From positions 14,322,001-14,386,000 of the forward strand of contig CM068754.1 of the NCBI GenBank assembly GCA_035084275.1: a stretch of DNA of 64,000 nt, given 5' to 3'. Below the pieces are notes generated by a model. The model did no database searches. It was not told the DNA's origin and saw only the letters and a program-made list of their open reading frames with translations. This document shows positions 1-12,080 of this stretch, one piece after another; the stretch's first letter is position 1; every line of letters starts with the position of its first letter. The stretch comes from Hydrolagus colliei (lineage: Eukaryota). The translations under genes and the position numbers were made by a program.

Positions 1-837
1 TGAGAGCAAATTTGTGAGAAAGGGGAGTTAAAAATACAGGACAATGCTGAACGCTGCACAAGGAATACAAATCGAATGGAGGATACGCATTCATTAACCA
101 AATTTAATATGTTAAGGAACAGCAATGTTAAAAATGCTAGTTTTTAGATTTTATTCCCTGATGCTGTACTGAACTTGGAAGTTCAACGTGAAGACCTGAA
201 GATCAGGCAGTACTCGGGTTTGATTAGAGTAGTAGATGCAATCAGATGCGAGAGATGTGTTGTGGTTTTCTGTCTGTCAAATGTGGGCAATCTTTGGATA
301 CTCTTATCATAACTTGATGGATGGAAGAGATAAGAAGTAGATGCTGCCATTTTTATCATATTAACTTTTCACAGTTGCAGTATGTTTGAATGTGTGTTGC
401 ATATAGGATCGTCGAGCTACATGAAAGGGCATTGAGTTTTAACCTACATGACGTAAGGATTGATAAATTGTTCCACTTTGTTCTACCAGCTTCTCAGGAT
501 TTAAATTCTGTCATTGAGACCCATTTTTCAAATCATCTACAGCTTGATCTTGTGCCCTCTAATTGCTTATTATGTGTTCTTCTTGAGATTCGGTTCCATT
601 TTAGTTTCTGTGGAAACGACACGCAGCCTATAAGAACCGAATGTATGTTTGTGAATCCGTTGGTGTGACATGTTGGAGTGTCACTTGGTAATTTGATGTA
701 TGTTTTTTTCTCCCCACTGTCTGACACAAATAGGTGTAAGTCCTTTAGTTTTGCTCTTAAAATGGTCATGGTTTTCAGAGTTCATAACCTTGATGGGTTC
801 ATAAGAAGAATTCTATCGAAGTGGAGCCCAGAATTAC

Positions 838-904
838 TGTGAAGTGCTTTTGAGGTGTTTTGATATGAGATAATGCGCTATTAAAAATGCATGCTCTTTC
901 TTTG
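838..904 (+). mobile_element. 3' tail fragment of L2-type LINE/SINE
   Basis: tgtgaagtgcttttgaggtgttttgatatgagataatgcgctattaaaaatgcatgctctttctttg follows the shared tail pattern gtgaagcgctttgagac...gcgctatat(a/c)aaatgcaag. Confidence 0.45.
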
Positions 905-1017
905 TATAAACTGGGAGATTGCCCCTCAACTCAGGATATTAGATGGGTTCTCATTGAGAGTAAAAAAAACATTTTCAAGCATTTGCAATGCACTGTTAAG
1001 CTTGATTGAAATAACAC

Positions 1018-1043
1018 GCTGGAGCAGGTAGCTGGAGCAGGTA
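1018..1043. repeat. 13-bp perfect tandem duplication
   Basis: gctggagcaggta x2. Confidence 0.85.
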
Positions 1044-1725
1044 TTCTCTCCACTGGAGGCATACGATGTTAATAATATAGTACTGTACATGGAAACCCTG
1101 TTATAGTCCCCCTCATCATAAGACTCTTGCTTCTGTGGACATTAGCTAATGAGAATCACCTAATACTTACTTGGCTGACTGGCTTCCCATTCCCCAAAAT
1201 GTCTGACTGCTGGGTTATCAACTCACCCGAACATCACCTTCCTGTCCATGTCATGAAAATTAACTGGAGACTTAGCATATGATTTATATTGTTACAGTAG
1301 TTGCTGGCCCTTATCTTCTCTCAATATCTATGATATCCGTTCTCTCCCAGTAATTGCATCTACTTGTTGCATCTAGAGTTTGTTTTCAAAGGAACTACAT
1401 GAAGCAATTTGCATACTTTTATGAAACCCTATCATTGTTTGCTAAATTTAGTTAAGTACTTTACTGCTGCAATATTCTAAAGTGGTCTCAATACTAAACC
1501 TTAAACCCTTCGCCTTTTGTTTTCTCTATAGTATTTCTCATTGATTTTATCTTCCTCAATGCTGTTTGCTTACGAGAGATCTGAGTTCAATTCCACACAC
1601 TTTAGATGCTTTTTAGTTTATTTACTATAGTTCTGGCCAGGATTACACACCAGTTATATTATTTTCTAACCACTAATAGTTATACTAATAGTGCCACCTG
1701 CTGATTGTGTTAATAACACAGAAAT

Positions 1726-1951
1726 GTGGAGTCCTGTAGCTCAGTGGTTAGAGCACTCGCCTTACGAGAGACCTGGGTTCAATTTCAAAGCGCTATATCA
1801 AATGCAAGGATTATTATAATTTCAGGCAGGGTGAAATTTTGTGCAAGGTTCCTTACACATACCTCACAATAATCCCTCAAAGATAATAATAATTTGGTCA
1901 TTTCAATCCACGACTGTTTGTGGGACACTACTTTGAGCAATTGGCTGCCAC
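1726..1951 (+). mobile_element. tRNA-derived SINE (young family A), 3'-truncated, with nested insertion
   Basis: Head gtggagtcctgtagctcagtggttagagcactcgccttac (Pol III A box), gggttcaa (B box), body tcaatccacgactgtttgtgggacact...aattggctgcc shared with >15 other copies in the window. Confidence 0.9.
1788..1817 (+). mobile_element. 30-bp 5'-truncated SINE/LINE tail nested in SINE head
   Basis: aagcgctatatcaaatgcaaggattattat flanked by aatttca at 1781-1787 and 1818-1824. Confidence 0.85.
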
Positions 1952-2704
1952 TTCATCACTTCAATTTGTGTTTTTTGAATTGGTGTAGAGAATACCTTCT
2001 TACTGAGTATAATTGTAGAATGTTTCATTTTGGGCATATTATTTTCCCATCAACTGTTTAATCTCTGTTGCAGAGAGTAAATCACTGCTGGTGATCAAGG
2101 GGATTGAAACCTGCTGTTGCTATTTGATACAGAATGCAGCAATCATTGTGCACAAGATTTATGCTTGCTATCTCTTATGGAATGACTCTAATTAACAGTA
2201 AAGGACCCAGTCTTCAGTAAAATGGATTGATTTTTCGAACAGTTCTTCAAAATTAGGGGAAAAGTTTGAACACACTTACAAATTGCAATGGGTTGACATT
2301 TTTGCCATTAGCAATGCTCTGTAGCTTTTAGAATTAATAGCAATCTGTTTCTGAACTATAAACTATAAAATGGAACCAATGAGTTGCTTTATGCCAATAA
2401 AAACAATCCATCAACATAAAACTGTTCAATGTGAATAGTTTTAAATGTTCAACTTCTGTTGCTGCATTCCTTTAAAGATATACTTTTTCCAATAGGAATT
2501 GTGTTTTCGGAGGAAGTGTGAATTAAAGGAGTAAATAAAAAATGTGATCCTCTTAAAAGTTACTTTTTTTAACCAATAATTTTTTCTATTCAATAATTGC
2601 ACCTGGAAATTGCATTTTATATTGCCAATTATTTCTCTGGAATCAATTTGACAGCCTTCACTTTCTATCCTATCTAGATTGGGATCTGTCCAGTCTTAAA
2701 AATG

Positions 2705-2790
2705 CTATTCATTTGTTCACACACGCAAGTTGTAGAATTCTGCAATTCTCCTAAATGAATGGCATATCTTTCCTGTTCTTGTGTAGGTTT
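2705..2790 (+). mobile_element. degraded CR1 LINE 3' remnant
   Basis: ttcacacacgcaagttgtagaattctgcaattctc resembles CR1 ORF2-end FTQRVVEFWNSL coding; gaatggcatatctttcctgttcttgtgt resembles the CR1 terminus. Confidence 0.35.
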
Positions 2791-4435
2791 GTGAGAGGCT
2801 ACGAATGTTGTTCTTGCATTTTTTTAAATGTAAGAACTGTTCAAAATTTCCTCTTAATTAATTATTATCCAAACGCATGACTGAAGTTGCAGGATTTGAT
2901 TTCAATCGTCTGTTCAAATGCTTGTCTTCAGTCTCCATCTGTAGCATAAAATTATTTGCTGGATGCCATGTGATAGTATCCTATGTACATATGTGGAGAT
3001 TTGTGGCTTCTTTGAAGCTTCCAAGTGCACAGAGTAAATTTGCTTAAAATATAGTGTTCCGGCTTTATCTATGGAAATCTAGTGTGAATGTCAAACCATT
3101 GTGGAGATGGTAACTCCAGCACTCCAGTCTCCCATTTTGTGACATAAAGTGAGATTGTTGGTTTTGTCTCCATTTCAATTTTGTATTGTGAACTCCGTGG
3201 GAGGTAGCTTAAGATCGACCCTCCTTCGCTCAATGATTCGTACATCAGAGAAGAGAGTCACTGCAGTTTTTTTTAAGCAGCTCATTTTCTTCCTTCATTA
3301 AAGAGCTGATTCTATATCATTAACATTGTGTTTAGAAGAATTTGTGAACATTGTGTTTTTTAATAGGGGGGGGGGAGGGAAGATCGTTCTCAGTTGCTTG
3401 CAGTAAAACAAATTAGATTTTTATCCTGTTTCTGATTCCATTTGGAAATGGCTCCCTGAGATGGGACAGAGCCAGGAAGCTAAGTATTGAATTGATTTAC
3501 ATTGTATTTTAGTGATGATTTGACACATAAACAGTGTCATATCTGCACTAACTCTGTGATATAAATTAGGCTTAAGAGAGTTTTGTGTTGTAAGATCATG
3601 AAAAAGCTGTTCAGTAGTTCAAAATATCTTGAGATACCATACTCCATTGACACTTAAATTTGGAAGGTGAAATTAAGCTCCCATTACATTGCAGCAAGTA
3701 CTGCCCCAGCTATTAGTCCTAATGACTTGAACACTTTAGTTTCATTGCTTTTTAACACTGTTCCACTCAATAGAAATGCTAACTACTGCATGGTTGGTGC
3801 ATTTATGTTTGTGTGATTTGACTTAGCTGCTTGATTTAAATAATTGTTGCCAAGGATGAAAGACTGGCTTGATTGGAAATCTCAAGTATCACTTTGTAAA
3901 CATAAGACAGGCTACACAATTCCTTATCAGAAGCATTTTATCAGTCTCTCTCTCCCCCACCCACCCCTATGCTTAAATTCAAGATGATTGTTGTGTAGCT
4001 CACCGGAAAATTCATAGTAAAAATTCTCATTGTTAAAAATGAATGGACTGGTATCCTTCAGCAAGATTAGTCTATAATTGGGCTGCTGTAAATGACCCAG
4101 TTTTGAACCGATCACTTTCAAACAGAAAGGTATTAGGAGGGTGAGAAGTAGATTAGCGTGCAAGATGGGTTCTTTACTATATAAATTGGGAAGTGTTTTA
4201 AATGATAATTTTTTTAAAAAGACCTAATCCAGTAACAAAATACTTGCAACTTTGTGATAAAACCTGTAATGTTTAGAATGATATTTGAATGTCAACCATT
4301 AAATAATTTGCCGAGCTGGAAATCTTCTTTTTGAATAAATTCTGGGGAATTCTCTTTCTGCATTCACTCAACACTAACTTTAAGTTATTAGGTTGTTACC
4401 TATTTTCCCTTGAGCTATAATGTATTTCAGTTATT

Positions 4436-4709
4436 ATAATTATAATAATCCTTGCATTTGATATGGCGCTGTTCAGGTTTTCTCAGCGCTTCACTGTAAA
4501 GTGAACAGACTGCATATATGTTGATGAAATGTGGCAGCGAATTGCGCACAGCAGTATCCCACAAACAGTCGTGGATTGAAATGACCAGTTGTCTTTGGTA
4601 GGGATTATTATTAGGCGTGTGCAGTAATGAAACTTGCCCGAGGTTTCACCCTGCCTGGAATTGAACCTAGTAAGGCCAGTGCTCTAATTACTGAGCTACA
4701 GAACTCCGC
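4436..4709 (-). mobile_element. tRNA-derived SINE family A, near full length
   Basis: Reverse complement runs from head (ggagttctgtagctcagtaattagagcac) through body to tail (atatcaaatgcaaggattattata); possible TSD tcagttatt 4427-4435 / tcagctatt 4716-4724. Confidence 0.9.
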
Positions 4710-4821
4710 CAAGAGTCAGCTATTGTCTTGAAATCACAAGTCTTTCACAGGAACAATGGTCCCTTAATTTTAGCTATCCAACCTGGTTGTTTGTCACTTG
4801 GTGGATTGCTTTTCTGGGGCT

Positions 4822-5005
4822 CAATATTCCCTTCAAATAAATAATAACAATTTGGGCACTCAATCCAAGACTATTGTGCACAATTGGCTGCTCTGTTTTG
4901 CCCTCAAAATATACAGTCAATTAACAGTATATTCTCCCATTTCGCTTTGAAATGTCTTGAAGATATGATGAGGTGCTATATCAAATCCAAGGATTATTAT
5001 TATTA
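4822..5005 (+). mobile_element. SINE family A, 5'-truncated
   Basis: caattggctgct...atacagtcaatt...gctatatcaaatccaaggattattattatta. Confidence 0.8.
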
Positions 5006-6759
5006 GTATTTTCCATGTAAAAAGCAAACACATTAATGATCTAGTAGACCAATATGGTGGCGGCATTTTCTCTTTTTTTAAGACAAACAAAGACACTGCA
5101 GAAGTGCTCCAGAAAATAAATTGGTATAGGGATAGTACTTCGAACTGTAAAACCCTCATCATAGCCAACCACTCTTGTTAATTGATTTCAATTTGAAATT
5201 AAAACAATAGAATTAGTTTAATTATGTTGTGGCAAAGATTGAGTGCTTCATTGTACTCTTAGTCAGTTCCTACTCCATTAAGGAGCTAGTTTGCCATTTA
5301 TAGCGTGAAGATGGCAGTTTTTTTTATTGTATCCTTGAGCGAGTTTTAAAATCAAACACTGACATTATAGATAGACTATAGACTGCATTAAGGTTCTGAA
5401 TGTCAGCAGGCAAGATCTAATGTCTTCATTGTTTTACCTCCTATAAGCTATTGTCTGCTCCATTGCAGTAATTGGGCAAAAGTGCAAATGTTCTCCTTTC
5501 ATAAGTGTAGGCTCTTCAGGCATTCAGGATTGGTGCTTTTTCCCCCAAGGTTGTACTATTTTTACTCCAAAAGCTACTGAAGGTAGTGAAAGCTAGTGAT
5601 GCAATGATTATTGAATTACCCAAACAAACCAAGCCTCTGGTTCTTAACAATCACTGGTGATTTTAACCTGAAGTGAGTATAATTATTGATGAATATTTCT
5701 CTACAGTTTACAATTGCAATTTCACCATCAATATTCATTCACGCTTTATACTGTTGAAAAATAACACATGGAGCATAAGAAAACCTGGAATAATATCAAG
5801 CCCTTTCTTTCACAGGCATTTGCACAGCAATCCGATCATTGAGCTCCGCATTTGCAACTTACTCATTAAACTTCCAACTTCAAGTTCCTTCCTAACCTGT
5901 ACGGTAGGCACCCTAGCCCTACCGTACCGCCCTTCCAACTCTATTGAAGTTTTCCAAATATACAGAATTGAGAAAGAAAATGTGCTAAAGCACGTATAAT
6001 TGGATTCATTGATGATCCAAGTAACCATATGATGGAGAATACTATAGAGCATCCAGTGTTTGGATCAATGTACTGTGTGACTCAATTACTGACTGGATAC
6101 TCACATTGGGCAATTTGCTTATTAACTTTTAAATCACTTTGAATGAGATGATTCATTAAAAGTATCAAACCACAAGTGACTGAAACTTTACCACGGATCT
6201 ATTAATATCTTTATATGCTTTGTTTTTTTTTACAGAAAATGGTAACTTCTTTTCGGCACCTGTTCTACTTGTTGATAACATGAGCAGTTTTCGAAAATTA
6301 AAACCTAATGTGTACGACATACTTCCTTACAAAGTGCACTTTAACATTAACTAAGGAACAAATAATGGAACATATTTAGCAATAGCGTAATTTTGATCCT
6401 CTTTTTAACAGTGTTTACAGGAGTAGGGGTAACAGCAGTTGTGATGCTGCTGTGATGTGATGCTTCAACAGCAACAATAATCATGTCAATATGCATAAGT
6501 GTCCAATGTGCAAACCCCTGATAATTGTGCCAATATCTGCGTCATGTTTGTGGGTAACTGACTGGGTAAAATTGTACAAATGGAAAAGAAATGCTCTGTC
6601 TTCAGAGAAAATAAACCTTTGTGGAAATATTCGATGTCAAGCTTTTCTTTTCACAATGATGTTTAATTTTATGTCAAGCTGTAATCCTCATTTCCACCTG
6701 TAGTAAATTGAGCTCCATACTGACATATTGTGGTCCTCTTGGGGCTTACTTTAATCTAT

Positions 6760-7060
6760 AGACCCACGATCTGAGCCCATGTTGCTTATAAATCCTTAAT
6801 TTTGCAAGAGTCTCCTGGGCTAAAGTTCAGCATGTTCTCCCAGTTTTCATTATTAAGCCACTCGCCTCCCATAACAAACCATAGGCCTAAAGCTCCATCT
6901 ACCCTTCCAATCAAAAACGATCCAGTATTCAAGGGCAAATGAAAATATATTTCATTGTAAACTAAGCAAGCTTTATCTGAATGGCTCAAATTTAAGATGA
7001 TATTTATAACCTTCTGTCCCAAGTTTTATTCCTGGGTTTCCAGGAACATTTGCACTTGTC
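6760..7060 (-). mobile_element. degraded CR1 LINE ORF2 end/3' UTR
   Basis: Minus strand has acagaaggttataaatatcatcttaaatttgagccattcag (RTRGHKYKL..PFR-like) and ctggatcgtttttgattggaaggg (LDRFLIGKG-like). Confidence 0.45.
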
Positions 7061-8230
7061 TTCATTTGTAAATATTTTCGATGTGTTTTGACGCTTGGAG
7101 AATTTCAGTGTTTGTGTTCTGTCGCATTTCTAAGTGACAATGTTGCAATCACATTCTACTCTATTTAATAGTGAGCTCAATCATCCTGTTCTGACCTTTC
7201 TTCATGAGCAAATTTATTTCAGTTTCCTCATGACCAGCATTATTACTATTGTTTCCTCCATCATTATAAAGGAAATTAGTGTGTGGAAGAATTCAAGCCT
7301 TCGGACTAATCTCAAGTTCACATTCTGACCCTAGAATATAAATTTGCATCGATATCATTAATCCACAATTTTTTTTCCCCCTCCTCCAAAACATTGACTG
7401 TCGCAAACTCTAAATACTTTGTCTGTGATTCAAATTAATAGGGCCATTTAAGACTTATTTTAGTGCTTTCAATATATTGCAGCATTTTGGTTTAGTTCAC
7501 TCCTCTCTTGACCCAAATGTTCGATGAACCAACAGATCAAGAGAACAGTGAATGAAAACCAAGCAGTAATAGCATCACATAAATCATGGTGTTGTATGAA
7601 GCACTTCATTGCTCTATATCCTCCAGTACTTATCAAATGTATACTTAAACTTTTTGGGGGAAGGAGTCAATTGATGCATCATAAAATGTTTTTTTTTCCT
7701 TTCTCTCCGAGAGTGCTTCCACGCCTCCAGAACTCTGTGTTGGAAGATGAGAAATTTAACTTGAAGTTAAGATAATCCACTCAGTTATTTTTAAATGGAT
7801 GCCCTCAATAGCACTACCTTTCAACAGAAAGTGTGCTTCACAAACTTTAATTGCTGACTATCTGTGCATTTCTGTCAGAAACGCAATGAATGCTGACAAA
7901 GGCATTTCCAGACTTCAATCAATCCAGTTTGAGATTTTACCTCTGACATTTGGGGAGCAGTAGCTGTACATCATTGGTCCTTTGCAACAGAACTACTGTA
8001 TTTCCATAATGCTGTGGTTAAAAATCCATAAGCTCGCTTTCAATGTTCTCACTGTAACTGGATTCAAAAATCTACAGAGGACACTGGGACCAAACAGGTC
8101 AAGGTAGCCTGATTTAATAATTCTATTGATGGTTTATAAAACCTTATCTGAACATAGTTGGGAACGAACGAATGGTATTTTTTAGATTTGTTTTGTGGTG
8201 AGTTTAGGATAGGGTACGGTTTTATGGTTG

Positions 8231-8320
8231 TGCCCACAAAATACAATCAATCAGCTTAATAATATATCCTGTGAAGCGCTCTGACGTGTCTCAATGACTT
8301 GATATTATTAATGTTATTTA
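8231..8320 (+). mobile_element. SINE family A 3' fragment, diverged
   Basis: gcccacaaaatacaatcaatc...atatatcctgtgaagcgctctgac. Confidence 0.55.
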
Positions 8321-10314
8321 TTATCTAGTCCAGCTCTGTTACAGCGACGGCTAATTTATATAACTTGAATAGGGTATGGATGACATTTCATTGCCACTAC
8401 CTACAGCCAGCTGGTTCTTCCGCTCAGTGGCTGACTGCTGAAGCATCAGCAATGACACTTACTGTGTCTTTTTGGTTTGAGTGTAGGCACCATGCCAACT
8501 ACCTCACATGCATGTACAGTGAAATGAGTTATTGTGTGTAGTGTTCTTTACCACCACAAGAACAATGTACAACCACAACTTTATATAACGGTAATTTATC
8601 CACCCTATTTACGTTATATAATGTCTGATTTTGAAAATGCCCAGGATGTTATATAGCTGTCAAGTTTGTGATAGTTTGATCTAATGATTGCACAAGAAGA
8701 AAGCTGGCTGTAAGCTGTGATTTTTTTTCTCTCTCTCCTCTCCAGCACATTTTGTTCTATAAAGACGTCAGCAGTTGTCGGCAGTTATAGGTTTCGAGAA
8801 GTCTAGTGATGGTTTTAGTTTTATACTTCCAGATGCTGCAAAGCATTACCGCAGTGGATCGGATCACTGAATTAAAAATCAAGCGATTCAATAAATTTTG
8901 CTGTTGGAACCAAGGGCTGTCATTTACTCCAACTGTTGATAAGGTGATTTATTAGAATGGAGAGATTGAGCAAAACAAAAATAATCTACATCAATAGAAT
9001 CATAATGAATTTCAATAAAACAGAATATTTTCAATGCACCTCCCGGGTCTATTTTCCAATTTTACATTGGTTAAAGTTGAAAATGATTGAAGCAAAAATA
9101 AATGTTTTGTTTCCATGCTGTATCTTTTCGGGTATTAATACAATGCTTCTATATTCCTCCATTTTGGGGTTGATCTTACAACATTCCCAAACCTAATTAA
9201 GCAGAATGGGAATTGCTGCATTTTAACTAAAATGATGGATATTCACACCCAAGCATTGATGTGAAACTTTTGAAGTTTATTCAAATGAAACACATCACTC
9301 GGTGAGGCACAAGGAGATAGGATGAGAAGAAACCAATGCAGGAACTTTCCACTGTCCTGTAAATCATGTCGGAATTCACCAATGCTTGTCCCAAGATATT
9401 ATTACAACTTGCACATGAATATATGAGTGGATTGTGTTTTCTCAATGGATTATCACTCCTCAATGGGTTGTATCTCGTCTGTCGTTTCTTGAATGAAAAC
9501 TACATGCTAGCTAAGAATACTTAGATTCCAAATAATCCTTGTCGGTTTTCTGTTGCAATGTTCAAATGGCAGAAGGGGCCACAAAACCACACATGATATT
9601 TAGATGTTGTATAAGTAATCTATAAAAGGTTATACTGTAATAACTTGTGTTAGAATCAAGTGCCCTTGAAATATATTCCAATAAGCAATTATATTTAACT
9701 GTTTCACACTGACTGCATCGTTTTAGTTTATAGCTAAATGCTGGATATCCTCTGGAATATTTTATTTTGATTGAGATGGAGAATGTTCATGGTTTCTTGC
9801 ACTCATTCTGGAATATTTGTCTCGTTGACATAACTGTTGCATAATCTTCAAGATGGTTGATTAACTTTTTTTCAACTGAGCCAACCCACAAGTGAAAATA
9901 TGTTGATACCTCTAATAAGTAAAGTGTTCATTCTACATTTGATTTTGTTTGAATTTTGTTTTGTCCCCTTGTCAGTATGTGTGTGTTGTCAAAGGCTGTT
10001 AAATTTATCAACAAGGGACAACAATCCCAATTGCCATAAATATATGAATGCAAAATATTGGGAAAACGTAGTTTTTTTTAACTATGTCGTGGGTGAATTC
10101 TGTACATCTGTGTACATACAGTGTTGACACTTTGCATAGTTAAGTGTGCATTGTAGCATGCAGCAGCTCTGAATGTGAATCAGTCTTTGTATTGTATGCT
10201 AGGTGCTAATGAGAAACTTTGGCACACACTATGCTCTGAAACCACATTTGTATTAAATATTAAGTTGAATGCCAATTTTCTGTTCCTTTGTCTGCAGCTC
10301 TGTGAATTACATAT

Positions 10315-10440
10315 GATTACATAGAACATTACAGCACAGAAACAGGCCATTTGGCCCAACTGTTCAGTGTCAGTGTTTACACTTCATATGAGACACCAGC
10401 TCCTAATCCTTTCTCCCATGCCTCCATATTCCCTTCTCTC
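10315..10440 (-). mobile_element. CR1 LINE 3' terminus
   Basis: catagaacattacagcacagaaacaggccatttggcccaac is the typical reverse complement of a CR1 3' end. Confidence 0.65.
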
Positions 10441-11755
10441 TCACATGGTATGATTGCATACTATACACTAGATCAGTTATATTAGCTTTGCTAACTGCCA
10501 TTTTGCCATTTATTTTATAATTCTCACTCTTCCCACAAATTGATCACAATATGCTACAATCTACTTATACTGTATATAATTTAAAAAGCTCAAGTTACTG
10601 CTCTTATCGGGATATTGTACTTCATTATTTCACCAATATCAAGAAATGCCACTGAATACTTCTACGTTGCCATTTATTCATCTGTATACTCATTAGGAAT
10701 CTACACAAGTACTTCATTAACTTAGTGATATGTAATTTTAAAAATTGTTATAGATTTATATTCCAATTAATCCTGCATGACCGCAGCTCATCTTTCGAAT
10801 TCAGTTTGAAATGGGAGAATTGTTATTATTTCAATGCATATGGATTACAGAATCAGCAAGCAACCAATGATTCCATTTGCACGCTTTTTGTTTTGACCTT
10901 TGCTTTAATGGACAACCTTCATTGTATATGCGGGCTTCACACTACCAAATTTGAAAATGTCGCGTTAATGTCAATGAAGTTCGAGAAGCAACTGGAAGCA
11001 ATTCCGAAGAAAGATGGGATTGAGCAAAGTGGGTGATCACTCCTGGTTCAGTCATTGCCATCTTGGGATAATTGGCCTTTAAACAACAACAACCCTTTTT
11101 TTTTAACAGTGCCATTCACATAGGAATAACGTCTTGGAAAACTGCAAAGAGGTTTAGCAGCTATACCTATGAAACCAATAAAATAAAAGTTAGTTGTGTA
11201 CAAGCATTTGTGCAATGTGCACTGTGAAAATTATTTAGAAAGCTAGTTTTCTGAAATAATATGCCTTTTATGCTTATTTTTTAAAAGGGTATATTGTTTT
11301 GTGCATGGAAAGATTCCAAGATATAGATAGTTAAATATAAAAATGGGTTTCTGCATTGTTTAATTGACACATGTGAATGACTTGTATAATTCTATAACTC
11401 TAGAATTACTTGGGTTGCTTCCAGCATAATTGCCACGATGGTGCAGGAACATATGGCTTTTATTATTCCTATTGAGGCCACTGATACTACAAGTGTTCTT
11501 AGTTTACATGAAGATAATAGATATTATGGAACGCTGATGCAGTAGCTCTACTGAAATTGTTCAAAAAAGGCATTTTTATTTAAAAAGCAAACGAATGTGA
11601 AAACAACTCAAGTATTGATTCCACGAACACCTTGCATTGACTATGAAACAAACCTGCATATTATTGTGATTACTAAATTGTCTGCATAATTGTGTAATAA
11701 TTCAAAATAATTTCAATCAATGATAACATTTTAGATTAAAAAAACTATAATAACA

Positions 11756-12080
11756 ATGGAGCTCAGTGGTTAGAGTGCTCGCCTTATAAGTGTGAGACCT
11801 GTGTTCGAATCCAGGCAGGTCAGGGCGAAACCTTGGGAAAGTTTCCTTACTCCACATGCCTAATAATAATCCCTCTAAAAAAACAAAACAATATTTTTTT
11901 TAATTGGTCATTTCAATACACGACTGTTTGTGGGATCCTGCTGTACATAATTGGCCAACGCATTTAACCCACAAGTATACAATCAATTCACTTTACAGTA
12001 TATTCTGTGAAGCGCTTTGAGACATCTGGAAGACTTTAACTGTGCTATATCAAATGTAAGGATTATTATTATTGTTATTA
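11756..12080 (+). mobile_element. SINE family A, full length
   Basis: gctcagtggttagagtgctcgccttataag...gttcgaatccaggcaggtcagggcgaaaccttggg...gctatatcaaatgtaaggattattattatt. Confidence 0.92.
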
